From a virus (Duplodnaviria > Caudoviricetes), in IMG/VR virus record IMGVR_UViG_3300025012_000029, positions 128,001 to 192,000 of that record: a stretch of 64,000 bases of DNA; one strand, 5' to 3'. Position 1 is the stretch's first letter, and every line of letters begins with the position of its first letter. The notes below the pieces were generated by a model. It made no database searches. It was given only the letters and a program-made list of their open reading frames with translations, and had not been told where the DNA came from. Positions 10,035 to 20,157 of this stretch are shown piece after piece. Both the position numbers and the translations under genes were made by a program.

Positions 10035-10205
10035 TTATATATCCCCTATAGAAATTTGCCATTTTTTGTAACAAAACAATTGAAATTTCTTCAAATCATT
10101 TAAAATAACTTCGTCGTAATCAATTTTATCTTTTAAATAAACAAGAAAATATTCTAACTCTTTTTCAATACCACATTTAGAGCACGCTTTTATCATATTA
10201 GTCAT
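10035..10205 (-). pseudogene. 56-aa remnant of an HNH-type endonuclease N-terminus
   Basis: MTNMIKACSKCGIEKELEYF matches the start of ORF 19346-20155 (MKKCSKCGLEKELSEF); no catalytic domain. Confidence 0.5.
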
Positions 10206-10218
10206 TATAACACGCTAG

Positions 10219-10977
10219 CTATCGCCCAAAACGCATATTCCATTTGCTTTCAGCATCTGTCCAATTATAATAATCGATTTTTATTCTCTGTGTTTGATCT
10301 TTGTCCCATATTTCTTCAAAAAGTTTTTTATCATTTTCAAAATATGCTCTTTGTATAGGTTTAGCGTCCGTTGTTACCCAAGACCAGTAAAAATTAGCAC
10401 ACGATTGATGCGATAGAATTATTTTACCACCATTATTCTGAATTCTAAACGAAAGATCGTGTGTATTCATATTTATGTGGAGAAACCGGCAATCTAAACC
10501 ACCCAATTCTCTAAAATAATTTGTATTATACATTCCTAGTGGAGCTATTTTATAGTCATCTGGGATACCAGCTAATTTCTGCATATCACCATGATGTTTC
10601 CCTCTCCAATAATCTAAAGGAAACTCTCCATTGCCTTCTCCTTCAAAATAACGTAATGTTATTCCATCTTTTTCTGTTGCTTGTCCGCTTTCAAATAATT
10701 GAATACATTGAGCTAAAGATCGAGGAGTTATAAATGTGCAGTCGTCCGATAACCACATTAAAAGTTTTCCCTCCGCTAGACAACTTCCCATTTGCACGCA
10801 TCTAGATGGAGATCCAAAATCTCTTATTACTTTAACTCCATCAATTGGAACATCATATGGACTGACAACAATTATCTCGTGAGAATATGGCTCAATTGCT
10901 CGGTCGAGCATGAATTGAATTTTCAATAAATTTTGGACTCGAATAGAAGGTATAATCACGGAAATATCAAATTTCAT
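10219..10977 (-). CDS. GT-A/GT2-like glycosyltransferase (paralog 1)
   Basis: ISVIIPSIR, LSDD, FRELGGLD; similar to 11288 and 16841 ORFs. Confidence 0.8.
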   Translation of the reverse strand: MKFDISVIIPSIRVQNLLKIQFMLDRAIEPYSHEIIVVSPYDVPIDGVKVIRDFGSPSRCVQMGSCLAEGKLLMWLSDDCTFITPRSLAQCIQLFESGQATEKDGITLRYFEGEGNGEFPLDYWRGKHHGDMQKLAGIPDDYKIAPLGMYNTNYFRELGGLDCRFLHINMNTHDLSFRIQNNGGKIILSHQSCANFYWSWVTTDAKPIQRAYFENDKKLFEEIWDKDQTQRIKIDYYNWTDAESKWNMRFGR

Positions 10978-11330
10978 TTAATCTCCAAATTCTGGATAAC
11001 ATATCCTAAAAGTTGTTTACGAGAAATTCCTTTTTCAAAAGCCAATTGTTCAACTCTATTTTTCTTATCAATTCTCTCTTGAAATTTTTCTGCAGTGACA
11101 TTACCAAAAGCAATGCCTTCAGGTTCATCTCTATAATCCAATATGCGACCTAGTTCGTATGAACCATCATCATTTATCGCTACTTCTAAAGCAAGTCCCA
11201 ATGGATGAAAGAAGAGACGATTGGCTTCTTGAAGGAAACCAAATTCAAGAAATTCTTTAATATCCATATTTTTAATCTTATTAGAATTCATCCAAACCTC
11301 CTTTTCCATACTGCTGATGAATCTTTCCAA
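10974..11330 (-). CDS. Hypothetical protein
   Basis: 118 aa ORF, coupled. Confidence 0.65.
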   Translation of the reverse strand: MERFISSMEKEVWMNSNKIKNMDIKEFLEFGFLQEANRLFFHPLGLALEVAINDDGSYELGRILDYRDEPEGIAFGNVTAEKFQERIDKKNRVEQLAFEKGISRKQLLGYVIQNLEIK

Positions 11331-12073
11331 TTATTAATGTCCAGTCTCATTTCTCCCATGGTCCACGAAGGATTTCTATATCGAGATTGAAATAAAGGCT
11401 TATCGTGTATAATTTGAGCAGATTCGATCGGAGCATGATCAAGTTGCTCATGATCACAATTTAGCAAAGGAAAATCAGACATCTTGACATTGGCGCCTAG
11501 ATATTGAGCCCGAACTGCCATGTCAGCGTGTGAGTAAAAAGTTCCTTCATACAAGGAATCCCATCCTCCAAGTTCTTCGAAAAAAGTCCGATGTATTATA
11601 GCAACATTAAAGAGCCACCACTCTTTTGAAATAAATGGCGATGAAGTCCAATCTGATCCGTTTAATTTGAAATAATTATCTGGTTGAAGAGGCTTCTCTG
11701 TACCATTTTTTCCTTCATAATATTTTGTCACAACAACATTTTTATTATTGTCTCCCATAGAACGAAGTAGATCTATATTTTTATCTAATGAATCTGGAAG
11801 GAGAATTCCATCATCGGCAATCCAAGTCACTAATTCTCCTTCACACATAGAAGCAGCAATTTGAGAAGCTCTCACAGGAGAACCATAATCTTTGACATAT
11901 TTAACACAATTAATAACTTCTAATTGTGGAGTAAGAGGAAATGGACCACATATGATTAATTCAAAAGTTTTTTTTGTAGAAGCAACAATTGAATCATATA
12001 CGGCATCCCAATTTTGTTGACGAATGCCTGGAAGGACTATCGATATTTCTGGTTTAGACATTGCAACTCCCAA
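11288..12073 (-). CDS. GT-A/GT2-like glycosyltransferase (paralog 2)
   Basis: ISIVLPGIR, IADD, FEELGGWD. Confidence 0.8.
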   Translation of the reverse strand: MGVAMSKPEISIVLPGIRQQNWDAVYDSIVASTKKTFELIICGPFPLTPQLEVINCVKYVKDYGSPVRASQIAASMCEGELVTWIADDGILLPDSLDKNIDLLRSMGDNNKNVVVTKYYEGKNGTEKPLQPDNYFKLNGSDWTSSPFISKEWWLFNVAIIHRTFFEELGGWDSLYEGTFYSHADMAVRAQYLGANVKMSDFPLLNCDHEQLDHAPIESAQIIHDKPLFQSRYRNPSWTMGEMRLDINNWKDSSAVWKRRFG

Positions 12074-13064
12074 TATATTCTATTACTTCGTCGATGCTTT
12101 CGTCGAGTGTTATTTTAGCTTCAAACCCAAGCAATTCTTTTGCCTTTGATACGTCGGGCTCTCTTCGAAGAGTATCATACTTGAATGGTTGCTCCATTTT
12201 GAATTCAAATGCTTCATTGGGTCGTAATTTGTTCCAAATAATTTCTGCTAATTCTTTTATCTTTATTGGATTTGGATTTGCGATATTAAAAATTTCATTC
12301 TCAGCAAGATTGCTTTCTAATGAAAGTCTAATACCTTTAGCAATATCTCGTACAGACGTAAAAGTTCTTATTTGATTTCCATCACCCAATATCTTTAACG
12401 GTTTTTGTCCAGATAAAGTTTTCATTATTAAATCTGGAATGACATGTGAACTTTCTCCTTTGCGAAAATCTTCCTCTCCAATCCCGCACGCATTCCAAGG
12501 ATTTATAATAGTATATGGCAATTTATATTGTTCACAAGCTGCTTTCGCAAAATACATTGTTCCTAATTTGGAAAATCCATATGAAGAAGGTGGAGGTGGT
12601 ATGTTAGGTATATCCGACTCAGATGTTGGAAATGTATCTGTCATATCCATAATCATTGAACTAGCTAACGCTACAATTCTTTTAAGTTGATGGTTTTGAA
12701 ATAAATCTATAGCACAATCAAACACGGAAGCATCTAGTCTCATATTTTCAGCTAGCAAATCAAATGCATTTGCATGAAAAAAAGATATGCCACCTATGGA
12801 AGCTGCGCAGTGAACAATGTAATCTACTTTATGTAGACCACTAAAAACTTCAACATTATCGCACGTACACCACTCGTTTAATTTTTTAGCATCTTCTTTA
12901 ATCAATTGAAAATTTGGATGATTATCGTGTGGCCTTTCGATGTAACCATATTTTGAATAATTATCTATAGATATGACATGATAATCATTATCAAGAAACT
13001 CTTGGCAAACCGCACTTCCGATGAAGCCTTGGCCACCAGTTACCAGTACCGTCGTCTTATTCAT
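12054..13064 (-). CDS. NAD-dependent epimerase/dehydratase (extended SDR)
   Basis: TGGQGFIG, YGFSK, GDGNQIRTF. Confidence 0.9.
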   Translation of the reverse strand: MNKTTVLVTGGQGFIGSAVCQEFLDNDYHVISIDNYSKYGYIERPHDNHPNFQLIKEDAKKLNEWCTCDNVEVFSGLHKVDYIVHCAASIGGISFFHANAFDLLAENMRLDASVFDCAIDLFQNHQLKRIVALASSMIMDMTDTFPTSESDIPNIPPPPSSYGFSKLGTMYFAKAACEQYKLPYTIINPWNACGIGEEDFRKGESSHVIPDLIMKTLSGQKPLKILGDGNQIRTFTSVRDIAKGIRLSLESNLAENEIFNIANPNPIKIKELAEIIWNKLRPNEAFEFKMEQPFKYDTLRREPDVSKAKELLGFEAKITLDESIDEVIEYIGSCNV

Positions 13065-13270
13065 TCTTGTTCGTCTTCTTTCGCACCAGACTCTACTGAT
13101 GCAATTAGTGGGCAGCTCTCTACTTCAAATTCTTCTCTAAAGACACGGTTTAGATTTCTAATAGCCGCATAAGCTTCTGCTTCGTTTTTATCAAAAAATA
13201 CCGCAACAAGTTCTTTGTCAAGAAGTTGAAATCTTTCTATCATACTCTTCGTAACGACATAAACTTTCAT
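13061..13270 (-). CDS. Hypothetical protein
   Basis: 69 aa coupled ORF. Confidence 0.55.
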   Translation of the reverse strand: MKVYVVTKSMIERFQLLDKELVAVFFDKNEAEAYAAIRNLNRVFREEFEVESCPLIASVESGAKEDEQE

Positions 13271-13585
13271 CTATCTCTGCTCACGTATCAATTTAGCATA
13301 ATATCTTTTATCAAAAAGATTGAACCAGATATCGTCGTCGACATTTTTTTGAACTCCACGACACCAGTAACCCTTAATTTCTGTACGACTAGTATCTATG
13401 TCAATAGCATCATCAAACATATTCTTGCCGCATTCATCCCAAACAATCAATCTATCTCCATCCGTTAGAGGATGTAGATTCTCATATGAGCACTGCTCCT
13501 TATCATGGTCTGTCTGCATACACCAGATGATACCCTCTGTCCCAGTTGCTACATAAGCCAACAATTTTCCATCAAAAGTCTTCAT
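13271..13585 (-). CDS. Hypothetical protein
   Basis: 104 aa coupled ORF. Confidence 0.6.
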   Translation of the reverse strand: MKTFDGKLLAYVATGTEGIIWCMQTDHDKEQCSYENLHPLTDGDRLIVWDECGKNMFDDAIDIDTSRTEIKGYWCRGVQKNVDDDIWFNLFDKRYYAKLIREQR

Positions 13586-14400
13586 TTCATTCTCATTCCA
13601 TCTGGAACTGTCTTGATATATTTCTCATTTTCTTCAATAATATATTTGAAGAATTCTACTTTTGTTCCGGAACACATTTTATTAAGTGCTGGTAAATCTT
13701 TGCTAAAACAGGGCCCGCAATATCCTCTCCAATTTGAATTCACAAGCAAATAGTCAGGCGGAATATGTGGAATATTCGTCATCGCATTTTTAATGTTATC
13801 GTAATCTGCTCCATATTTTTTCGAAAGTTCATGAAACGAATTCGCAAACACAACACGCATAGCGTTAAAAGAATTCAGAAAATATTTGCAAAGCTCTGCT
13901 TCAGTTGGACTTACCTTTACAAACTTCTTCGGCAATCTTCCATGCGCTTCTTTGATTTTTTCATAGACCATGTCACAATCAGTTCCAATAACACATAAAT
14001 CTTGTCTTTCGGAGAAATCTATAATTGCAGAACGCTCCTTGAGAAACTCTGGTACAAAACAAATATCAAAATCTGAATGCCTTTCTTGAATCTTTTTTGT
14101 GGTTCCGATTGCAACTGTAGATTTGATTGCAATAATAGGGCGCAAACGCCTTGGAAGCATCATTGCTTGCGTGTGCGCAATAATATCCTCAACAACGTCT
14201 TCTACAAAGCCTGTATAACACGAACCATCAGATTCCATAGGCGTTGGAACTGTAATAAAAATGATATCAGAATCAATAACATCGGCAATGTTTGTTTTTA
14301 GTTTTAAATCATGGCATTTTACTTCATGCCCTAACTTCTGGAAACCGAATTTACAAGCTGATCCAACAACGCCTTCGCTTCCAACAATCCCTAAACGCAT
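13582..14400 (-). CDS. UDP-glucose/GDP-mannose dehydrogenase family protein (short form, no C-terminal domain)
   Basis: GIVG..GVVG, VPTP, IKSTV, PEFLKE, AELCKY, GYCGPCFSKD. Confidence 0.85.
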   Translation of the reverse strand: MRLGIVGSEGVVGSACKFGFQKLGHEVKCHDLKLKTNIADVIDSDIIFITVPTPMESDGSCYTGFVEDVVEDIIAHTQAMMLPRRLRPIIAIKSTVAIGTTKKIQERHSDFDICFVPEFLKERSAIIDFSERQDLCVIGTDCDMVYEKIKEAHGRLPKKFVKVSPTEAELCKYFLNSFNAMRVVFANSFHELSKKYGADYDNIKNAMTNIPHIPPDYLLVNSNWRGYCGPCFSKDLPALNKMCSGTKVEFFKYIIEENEKYIKTVPDGMRMK

Positions 14401-14416
14401 ATTTTGTTTCCTTTTC

Positions 14417-14599
14417 TTATATTTTCTTTTGCTTCAAGTGGTTGTAAATAAAGAGAACATTTTCTGGAAGGTTGTTTGGCTCATCTAAGGATGTTATTGT
14501 TATAGTTTTGCAATTCTTGTTTAGCAAAAGATTCACAAGATGGCGACCAATCATTCCTGTTCCGCCGCTTATTAGCACATTTTTGTTTTCAAAATACAT
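14417..14599 (-). pseudogene. N-terminal stub of an SDR epimerase
   Basis: 60 aa containing only the Rossmann start SGGTGMIG. Confidence 0.7.
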
Positions 14600-15542
14600 T
14601 TTTCTTATACCATCTCAAAGTTTCTTTTATGCCTTTATCTATAGAAATTTTGGGTTGCCAATCAATGTCATTAAAAGCTTTATCATTTTTCATTGCTAAT
14701 TTTGTTGCAACAAAAGGCTTTGAAATATCATACTTGATTTTCAAATTTTTTCCAGAATAATCGATTATTTTTTGAACTATTTCAGAAACAGAAAATGACT
14801 TACCATAACTTACATTAAAAATATCAAACAATTTAGTTTGTCTTTGAATTACATCGTCAATAAAATCAACAACATCATCGATGTAAATTAAATCTCTTTC
14901 AGTTGATCCGTCGCCGCATACAACAATATCATCGCCTTCGTTTGCTTTCATAACCTTTGTTATGTTGGCACCCATAAAATGTGAACGTTCCAAATCAAAT
15001 TTATCATATGGACCGTAAGTATTACTAAGTCGCATTACTGTATGTTTCGTTCTACCAAGTCGAGAATAAAACTCACACATTTTCTCTATATAAACTTTCG
15101 TCCATCCAACACCAAAATAAGTTGGAACAATACCATCGCTTTCGTTAAAATCTTCTTCTGAAACTGGACTTTTGGCTGGATTATACATCACACCACAACT
15201 TGGAAATATAAAGTGCCTTACATTATTTTCAAAACATTTTTTCAACAAAAGAGAATTCATTACAGCATTATCAGTAACGTGTAAATAAGGTTTATTAATA
15301 GTGTCATCGATGCCCGACGACGCGGCAGCGCACTGTATTACTACATCAAACTTATTTTTAGAAAAAAAAGAATCAATCTCTTTATTGTTTGTTAATGTTA
15401 AATCAAATCCGTAGATCCTACTGTAATTCAACGATCTATTTAGCACAAGTCCAAACGTCTCATACCCTTGTCTACCACTGAAACTTTCAAATATATTTCT
15501 ACCAACAAATCCTGTCGCGCCACAAACTAAAATCTTCATCAT
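14589..15542 (-). CDS. NAD-dependent epimerase/reductase (Fcl-like)
   Basis: CGATGFVG, GWTK, SNTYGP, GDGSTERD. Confidence 0.85.
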   Translation of the reverse strand: MMKILVCGATGFVGRNIFESFSGRQGYETFGLVLNRSLNYSRIYGFDLTLTNNKEIDSFFSKNKFDVVIQCAAASSGIDDTINKPYLHVTDNAVMNSLLLKKCFENNVRHFIFPSCGVMYNPAKSPVSEEDFNESDGIVPTYFGVGWTKVYIEKMCEFYSRLGRTKHTVMRLSNTYGPYDKFDLERSHFMGANITKVMKANEGDDIVVCGDGSTERDLIYIDDVVDFIDDVIQRQTKLFDIFNVSYGKSFSVSEIVQKIIDYSGKNLKIKYDISKPFVATKLAMKNDKAFNDIDWQPKISIDKGIKETLRWYKKNVF

Positions 15543-15558
15543 TCTTCTACCTTCTCTT

Positions 15559-15690
15559 CTAGAGATCTTCTAGAGAACCCAGACCAAGTTTTTTATCCAG
15601 ATTTTCTTTTACTTCTTTCCCAATTAACCCGAATCCGAACTTGCAAGCAGCGCCGACAACACCTTCAGATCCGATTATTCCTAGCTTCAT
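15559..15690 (-). pseudogene. N-terminal stub of a second UDP-glucose dehydrogenase
   Basis: MKLGIIGSEGVVGAACKFGF...L* (43 aa) parallels MRLGIVGSEGVVGSACKFGF of 13582-14400. Confidence 0.75.
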
Positions 15691-16072
15691 ATTCTTTTAC
15701 CTTCCTTTCCAATTCTGCTAATCGATTATTTTGTTTCCAAATCTTTTCAGGAAAAAAATGTCCTGTACGTATTAATGTTAAAAGTCGTTGAAAAAATGTA
15801 TTAATTGTTTCATTTATTATTCTAAGTGTCCCTTTAAACCAAGACAAATAAAATTTACGAAGACTCAATTGATCCCACAATTCATTTCGCATGGCATGTA
15901 TTTGCTGATAATCCCATTTAATTCTGTCATGCCATTCTTTGGCTGGTTTCATAACAGCAACATAACGACGACGATATTTAGAAACACGCTTTTCTAATTT
16001 CTGACATCTCCTATTGAGACGCCTGTTAGTCTCTTTATACCGTTCGATTTCCTGTTGTAACTCTTCGTTCAT
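15665..16072 (-). CDS. Hypothetical coiled-coil protein
   Basis: 135 aa, heptad-like. Confidence 0.6.
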   Translation of the reverse strand: MNEELQQEIERYKETNRRLNRRCQKLEKRVSKYRRRYVAVMKPAKEWHDRIKWDYQQIHAMRNELWDQLSLRKFYLSWFKGTLRIINETINTFFQRLLTLIRTGHFFPEKIWKQNNRLAELERKVKEYEARNNRI

Positions 16073-16296
16073 TGTTTTTCTACATATCCTGTACAGGATG
16101 GTAAATCTAACAGATCTTCAGGATCATTGTCCTCGTGTCCGTAACTCCATCCCCTACAAATAGGACAAATAATTTTTCCATCTTTTTCTAAACACTTAAA
16201 AGAACAATAGTCATAATACCATTCTTCGACTCCACAGCTAGAACAAATATGATATTTCTCTCCACAAACCTTACAAACTGTTCCACCGAATGCCAT
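16069..16296 (-). CDS. Small Cys-rich (zinc-binding) protein
   Basis: Four CxxC-type pairs. Confidence 0.6.
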   Translation of the reverse strand: MAFGGTVCKVCGEKYHICSSCGVEEWYYDYCSFKCLEKDGKIICPICRGWSYGHEDNDPEDLLDLPSCTGYVEKQ

Positions 16297-16844
16297 TATT
16301 TTACTGCCTCAATATTCAAACTTACTAATTTTGCTGTTCTACTAAATGGAGGTTCTAGTGTTGCTGCAGAGTAATCATCAACAAATGCGTGCGTCGTTGA
16401 AAATCTATCGTACATGCGAACTTCTTTAAATCCAACCGATCGCAAATCTCTTTCTAAACTATTAAAATCAAAAATATGATAATGAATGTCGAAATGATTT
16501 CTTTGACCACCCAATAAAAGTCCATAAATCTTTTCTATATTTCCAAATTTTGAATAATGCTCACATATGGCAAAAAAATCAGGTACAGACAAACGAAGTA
16601 TACCGCCAGGATTTAATGCTTTAAACCAATCTTTCAAAACATCCAAATAAGTTTTTTCTTGTCCTTGAAATGGTTTGCGAGGAAAATGTTCCAACAAATG
16701 AACTGCCAATATTAATTCTACATTTTGATATTTTTCACTTATTTTTGATACATCCATAACAACATCTGGATTACAAGATGAGTCTCCATCAATATTTATA
16801 AATCCGTGAATTTGTTTTTTCCCACAACCAAGATGCAGCTTCAT
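16296..16844 (-). CDS. SAM-dependent methyltransferase-domain protein (glycan-cluster type)
   Basis: LHLGCG, HLLEHF, LNPGGILRLSVPD. Confidence 0.8.
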   Translation of the reverse strand: MKLHLGCGKKQIHGFINIDGDSSCNPDVVMDVSKISEKYQNVELILAVHLLEHFPRKPFQGQEKTYLDVLKDWFKALNPGGILRLSVPDFFAICEHYSKFGNIEKIYGLLLGGQRNHFDIHYHIFDFNSLERDLRSVGFKEVRMYDRFSTTHAFVDDYSAATLEPPFSRTAKLVSLNIEAVK

Positions 16845-17638
16845 TTTAACAAATCCTCATAATTTTTTGGAATAGTTTTAAATCGTCTTGTCCAAACAGA
16901 AGGTTGTTGCGTCCAATTGTTGATGTCTATTTTTATTCTAGTTTTTAGCGCATCTGGATTGGAATATATTTTTTGAAAAAGAGGAAGGTCGTGTTCATGG
17001 TGTGCTTTTTCGATAGCGTTATGATCATTTTGACCGTGATTACATGTGGTTACATCAATAGGAGAGTCATATAATTTTCCACCATCAGCTTGAACGCGCA
17101 GCATTATATCGTGTAAATTGAAGTTTTGATATTCAAATTCACAATCATAACCGCCAAGTTCTCTAAAATATTCTATATTTATTAAATGATGAAGAGAAAT
17201 TTTTGAATCTTGAGGAATGCCAGCAAGTCGTAAATCTCCATGATACTGAGCGGTCCAATATACAATTGGCATTGAAGCACCAGAATATCCAGCACCTTCC
17301 TTATATCGCATATTAACTACGTCTTTATGTCCACAAATTGAATTATAAAAATCAATTGATTCATCAATACTGTTTTCTAGCATCAAAGCATCATCAACAA
17401 CATGATAGAGAAGCCTTCCATTACATTCAAAAGAAGCAAGCTGGGCACATCTACTTGGAGATCCTAAATCTTTTATCATATTAACATTGTTTTTTGTTTT
17501 CAAATATTCAGTTAATTCAAACGGTCCACACATTACGAGTTCCCAAGAATATTTTTTACAAGATTGAACAATGGAATCATACATACGATCCCAATTTGGT
17601 ATACGAATCGCAGGACAAAAAATACTTAAATCAATCAT
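16841..17638 (-). CDS. GT-A/GT2-like glycosyltransferase (paralog 3)
   Basis: LSIFCPAIR, VVDD, FRELGGYD. Confidence 0.8.
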   Translation of the reverse strand: MIDLSIFCPAIRIPNWDRMYDSIVQSCKKYSWELVMCGPFELTEYLKTKNNVNMIKDLGSPSRCAQLASFECNGRLLYHVVDDALMLENSIDESIDFYNSICGHKDVVNMRYKEGAGYSGASMPIVYWTAQYHGDLRLAGIPQDSKISLHHLINIEYFRELGGYDCEFEYQNFNLHDIMLRVQADGGKLYDSPIDVTTCNHGQNDHNAIEKAHHEHDLPLFQKIYSNPDALKTRIKIDINNWTQQPSVWTRRFKTIPKNYEDLLK

Positions 17639-18590
17639 TCATTACTTTCTCTAAAACTGTTGTCCAGAATATTTTTGAATTATATTTTTCATTATATACT
17701 TTATAACCATTTTCCGCTATTTTAACTCTCTCTGCTTCATTGTTTAAGTAATAATGAATTTTCTGAACAAAATCATTTGGATCGGTAAATTCAACATATT
17801 CAATACCGGGCACAAATAATTCTTTTGTAGCATTATTCGCACTTTCCAAAAGCATTGAATGAGATGCTAAGATTTCATACACCCGTCCCTTACATTGATG
17901 AAATGAACCAGGAGACCATGAAAAATTAACCCCTATTTTGCTCCTACGAATATAAGATGCGTATTGTTCTGGAGAAAGTTTTTCTTCTCTTTGTCCTCCT
18001 CTAATAAGAATTGGAGCATTCGATTGAACGGCATGTTTAAGGAAAATTTGTCTATCTTGGTAGCGAGGACTTCCGATAAAACTAATAGGAATATCCTGAC
18101 CTTCTTGTTTGAAATATAATTTATCGTCTTGAGGCACCCACATTTGTTGAAAGTTAGATGGTAATTGCCTAGTTCTGTGGAAATCACTGTCAGCGCGATC
18201 CCAACCAATATGTAAATCTACCAAAGATCCCAAACCAAGAATTTGTGGATATCCCCAATCAATGCCAACGTCTGGCCACATTACAACATTTTTAATTCCC
18301 ATATTTTTAATAATTTCAAACGTTGGAGGATTGGGGTTGGCAGAAGACTTTCCCAACAAAGAAAAAATACATATATCTGGCTTTATTGAAGAACACACTT
18401 TTGGAAGAATAACATCCATATGTGTTTTATGAGAAACAACAGCCTCATCTAAATGTATAATGTCAAATATAATCTCAGGCATTGAATGTTTGAGAGAGCC
18501 AAATAAATTATGGTAATTATTTGTTAAACCCATATCTGGGCGTCCGTCAACCCATTTCTCAGTACAAAAAAGCAGCTTTGGTTTATTCAT
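17631..18590 (-). CDS. GT-B glycosyltransferase, CgeB-like
   Basis: ISFIGS, SKIGVNF, KGRVYE, LFVPGIEYV. Confidence 0.8.
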   Translation of the reverse strand: MNKPKLLFCTEKWVDGRPDMGLTNNYHNLFGSLKHSMPEIIFDIIHLDEAVVSHKTHMDVILPKVCSSIKPDICIFSLLGKSSANPNPPTFEIIKNMGIKNVVMWPDVGIDWGYPQILGLGSLVDLHIGWDRADSDFHRTRQLPSNFQQMWVPQDDKLYFKQEGQDIPISFIGSPRYQDRQIFLKHAVQSNAPILIRGGQREEKLSPEQYASYIRRSKIGVNFSWSPGSFHQCKGRVYEILASHSMLLESANNATKELFVPGIEYVEFTDPNDFVQKIHYYLNNEAERVKIAENGYKVYNEKYNSKIFWTTVLEKVMND

Positions 18591-18623
18591 CGCTTTATCC
18601 TATATTTTTAATCCTGTCATCTT

Positions 18624-18845
18624 TTATTTTATTTTATCAAACCAACTTTTAGTTTCTTGTTCATAATACTTCGCTCTATAGTCCAAATCTAATATTAAAC
18701 ATCTTTGACGAGAGTGGGATTTAATCAAATGCCCCAATGGGTCTTCTTTGATAAATTCAAACTGTTCATCATCCAAGAATGAATGCAAATAGTCTTCTAT
18801 TCTTTGTATTTCTTTATTTTTCATTATAATAGTCCCCAAATTCAA
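18624..18845 (-). CDS. Hypothetical protein
   Basis: 73 aa; C-terminus duplicated at 23353-23460. Confidence 0.5.
   Translation of the reverse strand: MNLGTIIMKNKEIQRIEDYLHSFLDDEQFEFIKEDPLGHLIKSHSRQRCLILDLDYRAKYYEQETKSWFDKIK
18642..18699. repeat. 58-bp direct repeat, copy 1 (copy 2 at 23380-23437)
   Basis: ccaactttt[a/t]gtttcttgttcataatacttcgctctatagtccaaatctaatattaaa; one mismatch. Confidence 0.9.
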
Positions 18846-19353
18846 CTAAAATTGTTGATTTTCCATCTGTTCTTTCATAAGCATGTTTGTAGGCAGGAAA
18901 AATATCTTTTGGTTCATTTAATTCTATAATTTCTATATTGGTAAGCATTTCTCTAAATGCTGATGAAAAATTGCCAACATGTTGCGCTTGTGGATGAAGC
19001 GGACGTTCGGAACCCACACCAACTCGGATTATGACTTTTGGAATAAATTCATCATGCGAATATTGTTTGATTTTATCCAGATGGTTGACCAGTTGATCGG
19101 AAGCACAAATCAAAAAATTCCATCGAGGAAAAATGGAAATTGGTATAGTTCCGTTGATTGCCATCCCAATTGACATTCCAAGTTGCGTGTTCTCAATAAC
19201 AGGCATTTCAAGTCGTTTAGACAATGGAACATCTTTCAATGTCGCAAACATTGCTGTTCCTTCTTTTCCTACTGATTGTCCTAGAAAGAAAGTGTCTTGC
19301 TGCTCACCGAGCCAAGTCATTGTTTTTTTCATTTCTTCAAAGTACTTACCCAT
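18814..19353 (-). CDS. ThDP-dependent E1 beta-like subunit (pyrimidine-binding domain)
   Basis: FFLGQSV, EMPVIENTQLGMSIG, HPQAQH. Confidence 0.85.
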   Translation of the reverse strand: MGKYFEEMKKTMTWLGEQQDTFFLGQSVGKEGTAMFATLKDVPLSKRLEMPVIENTQLGMSIGMAINGTIPISIFPRWNFLICASDQLVNHLDKIKQYSHDEFIPKVIIRVGVGSERPLHPQAQHVGNFSSAFREMLTNIEIIELNEPKDIFPAYKHAYERTDGKSTILVEFGDYYNEK

Positions 19354-20155
19354 CTATTTTATCTCCCTTTCTTATGTTTTCTATTGATTCTAATGGTCGG
19401 AGGTTTTCAAGTGTCCAACATTTCAAAAAGTTTTCATGTTCCATTGAATCATAAGGCAACTTGCTTTGAGGTATTATGTGATCTATTTGCCAAGTTTGTT
19501 TAGTGAAAGAAAGTCTACCATGGTTGTCCCAGTTCATCCACGGTTCCCATAAACTTTCTATGTGTTTTACTAACTCTTCTGGCGTATAAGGTAGTTTAGA
19601 AAAAATGGGAGCATTTTTGATGCCACCTTGAGATTTGAGGGTTTTGCGAATCGAGGAAGAAATAACACGATGACATCTAAAGCATGGATCATTTTTGATG
19701 CGTTGTTTGAACTTTTTCTTTCTTAGTTCTTTTGCTTTTGGAGATTGGCGATATTGTCTATCTCGTTTCCTATCTCGTTTCAATATTTTTTCTATATTAT
19801 TTTTTCGATATTGTTTACATTTTTCCAAAATATTTTCTTTATTATATAAATAATATTGTTTTTTCTGTTCTAAAATATTTTCTTTATTATATAAATAATA
19901 TTGTTTATATTTTTCCAAAATATTTTCTTTATTATATAAATAATATTGTTTTTTCTGTTCTAAAATATTTTCTTTATTATATAAATAATATTGTTTATAT
20001 TTTTCCAAAATAGTTTCTTTGTTATTTATAAAGAATTGTTTTTTATATCGTTTATTACAATTTTTACACCATGCATGCTTATTGTCTTTATTGTTTTTAT
20101 TATTACTAAACTCACTCAACTCTTTTTCAAGACCACATTTACTACATTTCTTCAT
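19346..20155 (-). CDS. HNH homing endonuclease with internal 15-aa repeats
   Basis: CSKC/CKNC zinc finger; WQIDHIIP...NLRPL...N..K core. Confidence 0.85.
   Translation of the reverse strand: MKKCSKCGLEKELSEFSNNKNNKDNKHAWCKNCNKRYKKQFFINNKETILEKYKQYYLYNKENILEQKKQYYLYNKENILEKYKQYYLYNKENILEQKKQYYLYNKENILEKCKQYRKNNIEKILKRDRKRDRQYRQSPKAKELRKKKFKQRIKNDPCFRCHRVISSSIRKTLKSQGGIKNAPIFSKLPYTPEELVKHIESLWEPWMNWDNHGRLSFTKQTWQIDHIIPQSKLPYDSMEHENFLKCWTLENLRPLESIENIRKGDKIDG
19808..20010. repeat. 45-bp tandem repeat (about 4.5 units; exact 90-bp dimer at 19831-19920 and 19921-20010)
   Basis: Encodes ENILE[Q/K][K/Y]KQYYLYNK. Confidence 0.9.
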
Positions 20156-20157
20156 AA

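Noticed and set aside
19808-20010. Possible CRISPR array
   Set aside because: Contiguous in-frame 45-bp coding repeats with no unique spacers
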